A DNA stretch of 64,000 nt from Alphaproteobacteria bacterium (GCA_965214705.1 CBDCCI010000002.1:1312001-1376000), one strand, 5' to 3'. Shown: positions 10,598 through 20,885, numbered from the stretch's first letter. The notes: generated from the letters alone by a model not told the origin. A program made the numbers and translations.

Positions 10598-11629
10598 TCA
10601 GGTGACGGGTTTCCAGTCCCCGGCCGGCTTGAGCTTCTTGGCTTCTGGGATGACCTCGGCGCCGAAGCGCTCGATCTGGTCGAGCTGCTCGGAAAGTTCG
10701 CCCGAAGGGCACTCCAGCATGCAGACCGCCATCGAGAAGCCGGCGTCGGCCAGCGCCGCGAGATCCTCGACGATCTGCTCGCCGGTGCCGGTACAGGTTT
10801 GGCGCGGATTGGCCTGAGAAGCCGGGTCGCTGGCATCGGTGATGCGCGCGGTCGCGGCGCACAGCATCAGGAAGTCGGACGGGCTGCGGCCTTGCGCCTC
10901 AAGCTCGCGGCGTACCTCGTCCTGGAGGCCGGTGTAGCGGTCGGCTTGTGTGTAAGAATCGAGGAAGAGCGGATAGAGGCCGTCGCAGAAGCGTGCGGCA
11001 CGCCGTGCGCCCCTGATCGTGTTGCCGCCGAAGACGATCGGCGGGTGCGGGTTCTGCTGGACAGGCTTCGGGTCCTGGGAAACGTCTTTGAAGCTGTAGT
11101 AGTTGCCTTCGAAGGTGGCGAGGTCGCCGGTCCACGAGGCCTTGTAGATCTGGATGCACTCCTCGGTGCGCCGGTTGCGCTCCTCGTAGTCGATGCCGAC
11201 CGCGTCGAACTCCTCGACCATCCAGCCGACCCCGACGCCCAGCATGAGCCGGCCGCCCGAGAGCTGGTCCACGGTCATAAACTGGCGCGCGTCCGAGAGG
11301 GGATGGCGATAGGGCGCGATGAGCACGCTGGTCGCGAGCTTGAGGGTCGTGGTCTGCACCGCGACAGCGCCCATGACGACGGCGGCGTCCAGCATGTTGT
11401 GGCGGCGCTGATAGGCGCGCTGACCGGAGACGTTCGCGGTGTGGTGGCTCTCGGAATCGTAGGGCATGCAGACATGGTCGGGATACCAGATCGAGTGGAT
11501 GCCCGCGCGCTCGGCGGTCTGAGCGACCCGGATCGGGTCCATCTGCTCCGCCGGCGTGTGGTGAAGGAACATGTTGACGTCGTCCCGATAGGACTGGCCG
11601 TGGGTGTTTCCGTAAAGCCCGACTTCCAT
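10598..11629 (-). CDS. LLM-class (luciferase-like) flavin/F420-dependent oxidoreductase
   Basis: IWYPDHV, LATSVLIAPYRHP, VDQLSGGRLMLGVGVGWMVEEF and PKPVQQNPHPPIVFGG motifs. Confidence 0.9.
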   Translation of the reverse strand: MEVGLYGNTHGQSYRDDVNMFLHHTPAEQMDPIRVAQTAERAGIHSIWYPDHVCMPYDSESHHTANVSGQRAYQRRHNMLDAAVVMGAVAVQTTTLKLATSVLIAPYRHPLSDARQFMTVDQLSGGRLMLGVGVGWMVEEFDAVGIDYEERNRRTEECIQIYKASWTGDLATFEGNYYSFKDVSQDPKPVQQNPHPPIVFGGNTIRGARRAARFCDGLYPLFLDSYTQADRYTGLQDEVRRELEAQGRSPSDFLMLCAATARITDASDPASQANPRQTCTGTGEQIVEDLAALADAGFSMAVCMLECPSGELSEQLDQIERFGAEVIPEAKKLKPAGDWKPVT

Positions 11630-11737
11630 GATGCATTCCCTTTCGTTCGCCCGGTTGCTGGCGCGGCGCGATTATGCCGCTGTCATATCGCTCCCGCTAC
11701 CGCGCCGGGGCGGCGACAAAACACCGCTTGCTCGGGA

Positions 11738-12763
11738 TCAGGCCGGGGAGGTTTCGTCGGGAGAGTCTGCGCGAATGGGTGCTTCGCGGGTCAGGTCCAG
11801 CTTGCGCTTGATGTAAGCGCCAGACGTCGTGGCGCCGTAACGGGGCGGGTTGTCCGGCCCGTGGCATGACGGAATACACTCGATCCGCGCGTCATAGTTT
11901 GGCTGGTGGAAGAAGCAGAGCGAAATCCGCGCCTGATCCGCCTGCGCGCGCGGCGGGTTCACGACCCGATGGCTGGTGGAGACCCATCGGTCGTTGGTCC
12001 ACTCCGCCATCAGGTCGCCGAGATTAACCGTGAGTGCGCCGGGGACACGCGGCACGCGGAACCAGTCGCCGTCCCGGGTCAGCACCTCGATTCCGCCGAT
12101 GTCGGTATCGGAATAGATGATCGTGAGGCTGCCGAGGTCCGAATGAGCGCCGGCGCGCGCTTCGCCCGCGGCGGGCGTGCTCGGCTGCGGCGGGTAGTGG
12201 ATGACGCTCGAGTTGGTGATGTGGCGGTCGATGCGGTCGGCGAAATAGTGCTCCGGCTGCTCGAGCGCCAGCGCGAAGCTCTGCATAATGGCGGGCGCGA
12301 GCCGCTCCATGTGCCGGTAGTACTCCTCCCAGAGTTCGCGCCATGCGTTCGGGCGCGCGGGCCACATGTTGGGCGCGAAGAACGTGCCGGCGGCCGGCGC
12401 CTGATGATAGGCATCGTCGGCCATGTCGAAGGGGCCGATGCTGAATGATTCTTTGAGATCGGGCAGCGAGAGGCTGTCGTCATCCAGGCTCGCCGCCGCG
12501 TTATCGCCGCGCAACGGGATATAGCCGCGGTAGCGGTCGGGCGGCATGGTGAGGCGCCGCTTCTCGTCTTCGGGCAACGCGAAGTAGCGGTAGGAGACCG
12601 CGACCAGCTCGTTGATCAGGATCTGCGACACGCCGTGGCCGGTCAGCATGAAGAAGCCGATGTCCTCGCAGGCCCGCCCGATCACATCTGCCACGCGCCG
12701 CCGCTCGTCGGCACTACCGGCAAGAAACGGAGTGAAGTCGATCAGCGGAACCGGAGCGGCCAT
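11738..12763 (-). CDS. Isopenicillin N synthase-family 2OG-Fe(II) oxygenase
   Basis: VPLIDF, ACEDIGFF, HSD (HxD), NLGDLMAEWTNDRWVSTSHRV and RIS (RxS) motifs. Start MAAPVP at 12763. Confidence 0.92.
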   Translation of the reverse strand: MAAPVPLIDFTPFLAGSADERRRVADVIGRACEDIGFFMLTGHGVSQILINELVAVSYRYFALPEDEKRRLTMPPDRYRGYIPLRGDNAAASLDDDSLSLPDLKESFSIGPFDMADDAYHQAPAAGTFFAPNMWPARPNAWRELWEEYYRHMERLAPAIMQSFALALEQPEHYFADRIDRHITNSSVIHYPPQPSTPAAGEARAGAHSDLGSLTIIYSDTDIGGIEVLTRDGDWFRVPRVPGALTVNLGDLMAEWTNDRWVSTSHRVVNPPRAQADQARISLCFFHQPNYDARIECIPSCHGPDNPPRYGATTSGAYIKRKLDLTREAPIRADSPDETSPA

Positions 12764-12847
12764 TGCGTACCTCCGTCGGGAAAAGCAATTGTAGCACGGG
12801 GAGCCGCACGGCTTGGGCGGACGAGGATAGACGGAGCGAGGGCGGTC

Positions 12848-14307
12848 ATGCGGGTTTTCATCGCCTGTCTCGGAACCGAGACCAACACCTTCTCGTCGCT
12901 GCCGACGGGCGAGCAGACCTATCGGGACACCGCCGTCTTCGACGGCGATGCGACCCGCCATTCGCCAATCCCTTCAGCCTGCCCCTGCACATCTGGCGCG
13001 AGCGCGCCGAGGCGGAGGGGCACGAGGTCATCGAGGGGCTCTGCGCCTTCGCCCAGCGGGGGGGGCGGACGATCCGCCGCGTCTACGAGGACTATCGCGA
13101 TCGCATACTAGGGCAGGCACAGGCCGCACTGCCGCTCGACCTGGTGCTGGTCAACATGCACGGCGCGATGGTGGCGGAGGGCTACGACGACTGCGAGGGC
13201 GACTTGCTGGCCCGGCTGCGCGCGGTGGTGGGCCCCGAGGCGGTGCTGGGCGGCGAGCTCGACCTGCACTGCCACATCACGCCGCTGATGCTGGAGGCCG
13301 CGACGGCGCTCGTCACCTACAAGGAATACCCCCACATCGACATCGGCGAGCGGGCGGAGGACTTGTTCGCGCTCTGCCACGACGCGGCCCGCGGGCGCAC
13401 CCGGCCCGTGATGGCCGCTCACGACTGCCGCATGATCAGCATGTGGCGCACCACGGCTGAGCCGATGCAGACCTTCGTCGCCGACATGAAGGCGCGCGAG
13501 GGGAGCGACGGAATTCTCGCCGTCTCCTTCGGCCACGGCTTTCCCTGGGGCGACGTGGCCGAAGTGGGCGCCAAGACCCTGGTGGTGGCCGATGGCGACG
13601 AGGGCAAGGCGGCGGCGCTGGCCGCCGATCTCGGCGCCCGGCTCTGGGCGATGCGCGAGGAGACGCGGCCCACCGCAATCGGTATCGACGAGGCTATCGA
13701 CCGGGCGCTCGCCGTCGATGGCGGGCCGGTGGTGCTGGCGGACGTCTCGGACAATGCCGGCGGCGGCGCACCGAGCGACTCCACCTTCATCCTGGAGCGC
13801 CTGATTGCGCGCGGTGTCGGCGATGCGGCGAGCGGCCTCTACTGGGACCCGGTGGCGGTGCGCTTCTGCATGGAGGCGGGGGAGGGGGCGTCGCTCCGGC
13901 TGCGTATCGGCGGCAAGTGCGGCCCGGATTCGGGCGATCCGGTGGACCTCGCAGTCACGGTCGAGCGGATCGTGACCGGCGCCGCGCAGACCTTCGGCGC
14001 CGCCCGCAACAGGATCGGCGATGCGGCGTGGGTGCGCGCGGAAGGCGGCCTCGACCTCGTGCTGAATACGGTGCGCACGCAGGTCTTCAATCCCGACGCG
14101 TTCGCCGCCGTGGGGCTCGATCCGGCGGACAAGAAGATCGTGGTGGTGAAATCCACCCAGCACTTCCATGCCGGCTTCGCGCCCATCGCGAAGGAAATTC
14201 TCTACGTTGCGGCGCCGGGCGCCATCGCGCCGGACTTCGCGGCGATCCCCTACACCAAACTGGCGAAGCCCTACTGGCCGCGGGTCGAGGACCCGTGGGC
14301 AGGATAG
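12848..14307 (+). pseudogene. M81/MlrC-family metallopeptidase with a frameshift near 12960
   Basis: The N-terminus MRVFIACLGTETNTFS is in one frame, and the body (MHGAMVA, ELDLHCH, YKEYPHID, DNAGGG, VVKSTQHF) is in another. The frames switch at CATTCGCCAAT (~12959-12969). Confidence 0.8.
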
Positions 14308-14334
14308 AAGAGTCCCGGCAGCGTCCGCCGCCGC

Positions 14335-15228
14335 TTACTCCGCAGCCTCAGCCTCGGGGCGCGCCCAGCGGCGCTCGAAGGCCCAGACGTCCTCGAAGCC
14401 CATGAGCGCGTGCATCTCGGGCAGCGAGATCATCGGCGCATCGACATTGGCGGTGGAGCCGTCGCGAAGAAGGGACGCGAAGGCGCTGCGCATCGCGCCG
14501 GCCGCCGGCAGCATGCCGATAGCGGGATAGATAGCGATGTTGAAACCCAAGGCCGCGAGGCGCTCCGCCGGCACGATGGGGGTCTTGCCGCTGTCCACCA
14601 TGTTGGCGAGCAGCGGCTTGTCGAAGGTCTCGCCGATGCGCGCGATCTCGTCCTCGTTCTCCGGCGCCTCGATGAAGATCACGTCGGCGCCCGCGTCGGC
14701 GAAGGCCTGGCCCCGCGCGAGGGCCTCGTCGAGCCCGAGGCTCGTGCGCGCATCGGTGCGCGCGATGATCAGGAAGTTGGGGTCGCGGCGCGCCTCGGCG
14801 GCGACGCGGATCTTCTCCACCATGTCCTCGATGGGGACCACGCGGCGCCCCGGCGTGTGGCCGCACTTCTTGGGGATTTCCTGGTCCTCGAGCTGGATCG
14901 CGCTGCAGCCCGCGTCCTCGTAGCCCTGCACGGTGTGCTGCACGTTGAGCAGGCCGCCGAAGCCCGTGTCCGCATCGCAGATCAGGGGCGAGGCCGTGCC
15001 GCCCGCGATTGTGCGCACGCGGCTCACGACATCGGCGTAGCTCGCGATCCCGGCATCGGGCAGGCCGAGGTGCGAGGCCGCGACGCCGTAGCCGGTCATG
15101 TAGAGCGCGCGAAACCCCATGCCGTCGGCGACCTTGGCGGAGATCATGTCGTAGACGCCGGGCGCCACGACGAACTGGCCGTCCCTGATCGCGCCGGCGA
15201 GCGCGGCGCGCTTCTCGCTTGCGTTCAT
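14335..15228 (-). CDS. Isocitrate lyase/PEP mutase family lyase (methylisocitrate lyase or dimethylmalate lyase-like)
   Basis: APGVYD, CDADTGFG, IQLEDQEIPKKCGH and IARTDA motifs. Confidence 0.9.
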   Translation of the reverse strand: MNASEKRAALAGAIRDGQFVVAPGVYDMISAKVADGMGFRALYMTGYGVAASHLGLPDAGIASYADVVSRVRTIAGGTASPLICDADTGFGGLLNVQHTVQGYEDAGCSAIQLEDQEIPKKCGHTPGRRVVPIEDMVEKIRVAAEARRDPNFLIIARTDARTSLGLDEALARGQAFADAGADVIFIEAPENEDEIARIGETFDKPLLANMVDSGKTPIVPAERLAALGFNIAIYPAIGMLPAAGAMRSAFASLLRDGSTANVDAPMISLPEMHALMGFEDVWAFERRWARPEAEAAE

Positions 15229-15243
15229 CTCTCTTAACTCCGT

Positions 15244-16131
15244 CTAGCCGCGATGGGCGTCCAGAAAACCCAGCAGGGTCTCGAAATAGGGCTCCGGCTC
15301 CTCGTACATCGGCAGGTGGGACGAGTTGGGGAAGACCTTGATCCGGGAGTTGGGCAACGCTGCGTGGAGCTTCATCGAGCACGCGGGTGTCAGCTCGTCG
15401 TGCTGTCCGCAGAGCACCAGCGCCGGCTGGTGCACCCGATGCAGCTCCGGCAGCCAGTTCTTGTCCTTGATGCTGCCGGTGTAGCAGAACTCGTTGGGGC
15501 CCTGGATCGCCTCGTAGGGCCCCATGTTCCAGTCGCCGAGCGAGCGCATCACCGGCGCCGGCCACGTGTCCAGCCGGCAGACGTGGCGGTAGTTGAGGAT
15601 GGTGATCGCCGCCTGATAGGTGGGGTGGTCGATGGTGCCTTCCGCCTCGTGGCGCTGCATCATCGCCTCGGTCTCGTGCCCGAGCGCGTGGCGAAGCCGG
15701 TGCAGCTCGCTCACCAGGTGCGGAATGTCGCCCGCGCCGTTGGCGAGGGTGAAGGTCTTGAAGCTCTCGGGGTAGGCCAGCGCCCATTCCTGGCCGAGCC
15801 AGGTGCCCCAGGACTGCCCGTAGTAATGCACCGGCCCGAGCCCGAGCGCGGTGCGCACGGTTTCCGTCTCCTCGACGTAGCGCTCGATGGTCCAGAGCGC
15901 GGCGTCGTCCGGCCGGTCGGACTTGCCGGTGCCGAGCTGGTCGAAGGCCACCACCCGGTAGTCCTTGTCCGCGAGCCAGGAGTGCGCGTCCCGCACGTAG
16001 TCGCAGGGGAGCCCCGGCCCTCCGTTGACGCAGAACAACACCTCGTCGCCGGAGCCGAAGCTGTAGGCCACCACGTTGTAACCGTCGACGGTGACGTTGA
16101 TGGTCTCGTCCGGCGCGCGATCGTCCATCAT
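15244..16131 (-). CDS. Proline iminopeptidase-family alpha/beta hydrolase
   Basis: NGGPG, DQLGTGKS, nucleophile motif GQSWG, GPNEF, GQHDE and SSHLP. Confidence 0.88.
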   Translation of the reverse strand: MMDDRAPDETINVTVDGYNVVAYSFGSGDEVLFCVNGGPGLPCDYVRDAHSWLADKDYRVVAFDQLGTGKSDRPDDAALWTIERYVEETETVRTALGLGPVHYYGQSWGTWLGQEWALAYPESFKTFTLANGAGDIPHLVSELHRLRHALGHETEAMMQRHEAEGTIDHPTYQAAITILNYRHVCRLDTWPAPVMRSLGDWNMGPYEAIQGPNEFCYTGSIKDKNWLPELHRVHQPALVLCGQHDELTPACSMKLHAALPNSRIKVFPNSSHLPMYEEPEPYFETLLGFLDAHRG

Positions 16132-16325
16132 GGCCTGCGTCTCCCCTCCGCGTGGCGCGCCGGAGTGTTCCACATTTGCCAACCGCCTCCAAGCGGGGCC
16201 GGCGGCAGCCAAGCGGTCCGTGCTAGGATGGCGGCACGACCGGCCGGCGCCCCAAGAACAAGCAACAACGGCGCCCGCAATCGCCGCGCCCCGGCGGCGG
16301 CGACGGAGGAGGGGAGGAGAGCGAG

Positions 16326-17600
16326 ATGGCGCGCATTCTCATCACCGATGTGACGATCTTCGACGGCTCGGGCCGCGAGCCCTTCGCGGGCGAGGTGCTG
16401 GTGCAGGGCAACCGCATCGTCAAGGTGGCGGCCGGCGGCTTCCCGAGCGGCACGGCGGCCGACCGGGTGATTGACGGCGGCGGCGCCACGCTGATGCCGG
16501 GCCTGGTCAACTGCCACGGCCACCCGACCTACCCCAACATGGGCGCGGACTTCTACAGCACCGGCGAGCTCCCGGTGGAGGAGCACGTCTACCGTACCAT
16601 GCACAACGTGAAGGCGATGCTGGATGCGGGCTTCACCGCCTCGGTCAACGGCTCCTCGGCCAAGACCCGGCTCGACATCGCGACCCGCAACGAGATCGAC
16701 GCCGGCGGCATCCCCGGCCCCCGGATGCGCGCGGCCACGCCCGAGATCACCGTCACCGGCGGCCTCGGCGACCTGCGCCAGTACCACATGCACCACGAGG
16801 GCTTCGCGGTGGTCTGCGACGGGCCCGAGGAGATCCGCAAGTTCTCCCGGCTGATGATCCGCGAGGGCGCGGACAGCCTCAAGCTGATGATCTCCGGCGA
16901 CTTCTTCGTCCACGACACCGCCACCGGCGACATGACCGTAATGCAGGAGGACGAGATCGTCGCCTGTACCAGCATCGCCCACATCCACAAGCGCCGCGTC
17001 ATCGCGCATGCGCGCACGGCGGAGGCGGTAAAGCGCTGCGTGAAGCACGGGATCGACCTGATCTACCACGCCAACTTCTGCGACGAGGAGGCGCTGGACC
17101 TGCTGGAGGCCAACAAGGACCGCTTCTTCGTCAACCCCGCCATCGGCCTCACCTACACCACCCTCTACGAGATGGCGGACTACGGCATGCCGCAGGAGAA
17201 GGCCGAGGAATGGGGCTTCAAGCGCGAGCTCGACGGCGCCATCGCGGTGACGAAGGAGCTGTACCGGCGCGGCGTGCGCGTGCTGCCCTTCGGCGATTAC
17301 GGCTTCGAGTGGAACCCGGTGGGCCGCGACGCCCGCGACCTGGAGCTCTGGCAGGAGCTCATGGGCTTCTCGTCCATCGACCTGCTCACCATGGCGACGC
17401 GCTACGGCGGCGAGTGTTTTGGGGACGCCGTGGGCCTGGTGGCGGAGGGCTATCTCGCCGACCTGATCATGGTGGACGGCGACCCGCTCGCGGACGTTCG
17501 GATCCTGCAGGACAACGACCGCATCGTCATGATCATGAAGGACGGCGCCGTCTACAAGGAACCGGGCGCCCGCCAGCGCCAGCAGGCCGCCGCCGAGTAG
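16326..17600 (+). CDS. Amidohydrolase-family protein (Xaa-Pro dipeptidase-like)
   Basis: IDGGGATLMPGLVNCHGH, LKLMISG, IAHAR, IYHA and GYLADLIMVDGDPL motifs. Confidence 0.9.
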   Translation: MARILITDVTIFDGSGREPFAGEVLVQGNRIVKVAAGGFPSGTAADRVIDGGGATLMPGLVNCHGHPTYPNMGADFYSTGELPVEEHVYRTMHNVKAMLDAGFTASVNGSSAKTRLDIATRNEIDAGGIPGPRMRAATPEITVTGGLGDLRQYHMHHEGFAVVCDGPEEIRKFSRLMIREGADSLKLMISGDFFVHDTATGDMTVMQEDEIVACTSIAHIHKRRVIAHARTAEAVKRCVKHGIDLIYHANFCDEEALDLLEANKDRFFVNPAIGLTYTTLYEMADYGMPQEKAEEWGFKRELDGAIAVTKELYRRGVRVLPFGDYGFEWNPVGRDARDLELWQELMGFSSIDLLTMATRYGGECFGDAVGLVAEGYLADLIMVDGDPLADVRILQDNDRIVMIMKDGAVYKEPGARQRQQAAAE

Positions 17601-17727
17601 ACGCGCACCTTCGCGGCCCACCTCCCTCGCGGTCAACTGCGGTCTTGAAGCACGCCCCGGTTGCTTCTATATCCGGCCCGCACGCCCGACGAGGGTGGGA
17701 ATTTGGAGACGTTATTGAGCGAGAGAG

Positions 17728-18282
17728 ATGAGCGAAGCCAAGAGCACCAAGAAGCCATCGAAAGCCAAGTCAGAGTCGGCGCCCAAGGCCAAGAGCGAGA
17801 GCACCGACACCAAGACCAAGCCGAAGGACGACACGGCAAGCACGTCCGACGCCTCATCCGATACCAAGTCGTCGGAGGGCGCCAAGGACGCCGGCAAGGA
17901 CTCGGCAACAGACGCCGGCAAGTCCGCGCGTGACTCGGCCGGCGGCAAGGCCGACGTTCACTACGGCTACTTCTCCAGCGTGAGGACGCCAGCCTACCGC
18001 AGCGGTTGGGACGAAATATGGGGCGGCAAGAACGGCGGGAACGGCGCGGACGAAGACGAGGCGCCGCGCCAGCGCCGGGCGGCGCGCGCGAGCCGGCCCG
18101 CGAAGGCGCGGAAGCGCCGCGACCCCATCACCGTCACCCTCGACCTCGACACGCTGCCGCCCGAGCTGAAGGACGGCCTGGTGGAGATCGCCAGCGCCGA
18201 GCTCAAGAAGTCCCGCGTGAGCTACGCGCGGCGCGACAAGGCCGGCGCCATCGACTGGCGTATCACCTGCCGCGTCGACTGA
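17728..18282 (+). CDS. Hypothetical protein with low-complexity K/S/D-rich N-terminus
   Basis: Host-like codon usage and GAGAG upstream of the start. Ordered-looking core HYGYFSSVRTPAYRSGWDEIWG. Confidence 0.7.
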   Translation: MSEAKSTKKPSKAKSESAPKAKSESTDTKTKPKDDTASTSDASSDTKSSEGAKDAGKDSATDAGKSARDSAGGKADVHYGYFSSVRTPAYRSGWDEIWGGKNGGNGADEDEAPRQRRAARASRPAKARKRRDPITVTLDLDTLPPELKDGLVEIASAELKKSRVSYARRDKAGAIDWRITCRVD

Positions 18283-18318
18283 GCGCGCTACCCGAGATCG
18301 CAGGACTTACGGCAAGGG

Positions 18319-18371
18319 GAGGACCGGGCCGATAGGCCCGGACGGCGCGACTGCGCCGCGCGCGAAGCGCG
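18319..18371. repeat. GC-rich palindromic REP-like element, copy B (inverted relative to copy A)
   Basis: CCGGGCC-GATA-GGCCCGG hairpin followed by CGCGACTGCGCCGCGCGCGAAGCGCG. Similar to 10512-10568. Confidence 0.45.
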
Positions 18372-18518
18372 AAGCGTCGCGCGCCCACGCGCGCGGAGCG
18401 CACGATCGAGCGGAGCGAGCGCCCGGCGCCTGAGGGAAACGAACGAGTCGTCGATATTCGTTGCAAACGGGAACGCGTCGGTCCATCTGTAGGAGACGAC
18501 CTGCGGAGGGCTCGGGCC

Positions 18519-18929
18519 ATGCTGAGGATCGCGGTTTTCTGCATCATGCTGGTCGTTGGCGCCATGCCGCTTCATGCGGACGTCATCCAGGTGGACAGCG
18601 CCGGACTTGAGCGGCTGCGGGCGGAAGGAGTCGCCGTCATCGACGTCCGCCGGTCGGAGGAGTGGCGCGAGACCGGCGTCATCGAGGGCAGCCACTTGAT
18701 GACCTTCTTCGACAAGAAGGGACGCTACGACCTGGACCGGTGGCTGCCGGCCCTCGCTGCGATCACGGAATCCGACCAGCCCGTTGCGTTCATCTGCCGT
18801 AGCGGAAAGCGCAGCGGCAAGGTCGCCCGGATGCTGGACGAGCAGTTCGGATACCGGCACGTCTACACCGCGCGCGATGGCATCCTGGGATGGATCGAGG
18901 AGGGGCGCTCCACCGTGGATCGCCAATAG
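18519..18929 (+). CDS. Exported rhodanese-like domain protein
   Basis: Signal peptide, IDVRRSEEW..TGVIEGS, active-site loop ICRSGKRS, and GILGW. Confidence 0.88.
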   Translation: MLRIAVFCIMLVVGAMPLHADVIQVDSAGLERLRAEGVAVIDVRRSEEWRETGVIEGSHLMTFFDKKGRYDLDRWLPALAAITESDQPVAFICRSGKRSGKVARMLDEQFGYRHVYTARDGILGWIEEGRSTVDRQ

Positions 18930-19064
18930 CGGCCGCCGCCCGAGGGCTGCCAAATCCGCGGACCGCTGGGCATTTCTGGTAGCCACATGGGAAAAAGCCG
19001 CTATATGTAGCGGTTTAGTCACATTCGAGTCGCCAGAGGATAAAGACAGAGGGGACCTCCGACC

Positions 19065-19352
19065 ATGAGCAGAGCCGCATTCATCGAGAACGTCGCCAAG
19101 AAGGTCAAGATGAGCAAGGCCGAGGCCAAGCGCACCGTGGACCTGGTGCTGGGCGAGATCGAGGCCGGAATCAAGAAGTCGAAGAAGGAAGGCCGCTATA
19201 CCATCGGCAACTTCGGCACCTTCAGCATCGTCAAGCGCAAGGGGCGCAAGGGCCGCAACCCGCAGACCGGCGAGGCGATCCGCATCAGAGCCTCCAAGGC
19301 CCTCCGCTTCCGCCCCTCCGCCCAGCTCCGGAGAGCTGCCGGGGCGAAGTAG
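19065..19352 (+). CDS. hup: HU-family DNA-binding protein
   Basis: NFGTFSIVKRKGRKGRNPQTGEAIRIRA...FRPS, the HU signature. Confidence 0.93.
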   Translation: MSRAAFIENVAKKVKMSKAEAKRTVDLVLGEIEAGIKKSKKEGRYTIGNFGTFSIVKRKGRKGRNPQTGEAIRIRASKALRFRPSAQLRRAAGAK

Positions 19353-19819
19353 CGCCAGCCGCGCATGACTGGCTGACGAACTGCCCGCACCCCGCAGGTG
19401 CAGTGATCCCCTGACACCGGAAAGCCCACTACCAGCGCAGGCGGAGGCCTCTGTCGCTCGTTGAGCGACGAACGCCTCGAAGTGCAAATGGGCGATTTGG
19501 TAGTTAATACTTTTGGTTGATAGCGGAGGTCACGCTCCACCCCCGGCTCGTAGTACACCTTGACGGTAGAATACCATTGTCACTCAGTGGTTTATGCGGC
19601 GCCCATCACGGGCAAGGGGCCAAGCAATTGGATTTGGCGCTGATCCGTAGCAACCTTCACGATGTCGAAAGTTCTTGCGGTATATCGCGCTTTTAGAGAG
19701 AGTACATGCAATGGCTTGTAATGGCCCACCGGCTACGTGAGAGCGGAGCTGGGATGGGCACAAGCACGTGAGTAAAAGCTCGATTCCGTTAGCTAGAGAG
19801 CCAGTTATTTGTGGAAAAA

Positions 19820-19996
19820 ATGAAAACTGAGACGGGGAAGAGTCCAAGCACGGGATCAAGATCTGGTCCGGTTAAGAATCGCATACAGATCAAGAATCCT
19901 GTGACGGGTCGGTATGTAAAGATAGACACGAGAACTGGCCGAATTATTGACCACAAGAAATCAAAGGGCCCCTACAAGGGTATAAAGGAAAAGTAG
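19820..19996 (+). CDS. Small basic hypothetical protein (58 aa)
   Basis: MKTETGK...GPVKNRIQIKNPVTGRYVKIDTRTGRIIDHKKSKGPYKGIKEK. Low GC, ending 10 bp before the next gene. Confidence 0.7.
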   Translation: MKTETGKSPSTGSRSGPVKNRIQIKNPVTGRYVKIDTRTGRIIDHKKSKGPYKGIKEK

Positions 19997-20006
19997 CTAT
20001 TGCATT

Positions 20007-20792
20007 ATGCCTTTAGTATTTTCACCGCTGTCGGAGGAGGTGCTGGATCCCGGGCCACGTAGCCTTATTCCGAAGTCTGTATTCATGATGCGACAACTCG
20101 GTGAGCCACCAGATATCGATCAACAGATAAGTGAAGTTTCTGCTGAGGAGTTTGATGCTGCAGGAATCTCGGTTGTTGATGCAAGCTCCTCAATAGGAGG
20201 AAAGGATTTTCTTGAACGCATATTAGGTTTGATTAGGGGTGTAGGCTTTGTAGCTGCACTTTTTAGTGACTCCACACGGCGAACAGCCTTCGCCAATATT
20301 TCTTTGGAGCTGGGTTTCGCTGCCATGTGTGGCAAACCGTTGGTAATTATCAAGTCCAAGGGTGCTCAAGCACCGTCCGACCTTACAAGGACGGACTATA
20401 TCGAGTATGATCCCGGAAATCTGACACTTTTCTCCGACAAACTGCGAATGGCGATAGATGAGGTTGGAGCGCTGGCTGACTTTGAGCGAGCTAAGCTGGA
20501 AGTGGCGCTGGAGGCAGATCAGATGGATTGTGCGATTGCTTTTGAACGAGCCAGAAAGGCTTTTCTCTTGACGGGCGAGCGCGCATACGTAGATCACGCA
20601 CAAACGATCCTCGACCGCCTTAACGCTGCGCGGGAAAACCAGGATGTCGATGATCTTAGGCGGGAGCGGGAGGAAATTCGATTGAAGGCTTATCCCTCTG
20701 GCTCCGGTTCCCCAACATGTTGTACCGGCCACCTCGGCGGCGGTATCCGACACGGTCGCAGTTCCTTCCGTGTCTCAATGGGTTGCCCGTAA
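20007..20792 (+). CDS. TIR-like / nucleoside 2-deoxyribosyltransferase-like protein, C-terminus altered by a MITE
   Basis: VFMMRQL, ILGLIRGVGFVAALFS and ANISLELGFAAMCGKPLVIIK...PSDL..TDYIEY fit the flavodoxin-like TIR/NDT pattern with a conserved Glu. The native stop is probably at 20889. Confidence 0.65.
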   Translation: MPLVFSPLSEEVLDPGPRSLIPKSVFMMRQLGEPPDIDQQISEVSAEEFDAAGISVVDASSSIGGKDFLERILGLIRGVGFVAALFSDSTRRTAFANISLELGFAAMCGKPLVIIKSKGAQAPSDLTRTDYIEYDPGNLTLFSDKLRMAIDEVGALADFERAKLEVALEADQMDCAIAFERARKAFLLTGERAYVDHAQTILDRLNAARENQDVDDLRREREEIRLKAYPSGSGSPTCCTGHLGGGIRHGRSSFRVSMGCP

Positions 20793-20851
20793 AGTGCCCA
20801 GCGATCCGGCACCCCACATATGGAGAAGCCGGATGTAAGGGGATAAGCCTT
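20685..20851. mobile_element. 167-bp MITE with IS1595-like ends
   Basis: Perfect 12-bp TIR AAGGCTTATCCC (20685-20696) / GGGATAAGCCTT (20840-20851). 8-bp direct repeat TTCGATTG at 20677-20684 and 20852-20859. Confidence 0.9.
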
Positions 20852-20885
20852 TTCGATTGTTCATAAAGCAGGCAAAGAAATTGTG

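Noticed and set aside
10490-10600. Possible tRNA at the integrase-proximal border (CTCGTAA resembles an anticodon loop)
   Set aside because: No D-arm, TTCGA T-loop or acceptor stem could be built.
19353-19810. Possible ncRNA (for example retron msr-msd) or ORF upstream of the low-GC islet
   Set aside because: There is no reverse transcriptase nearby and no convincing long inverted repeats. ORF 19584..19859 lacks coding features.
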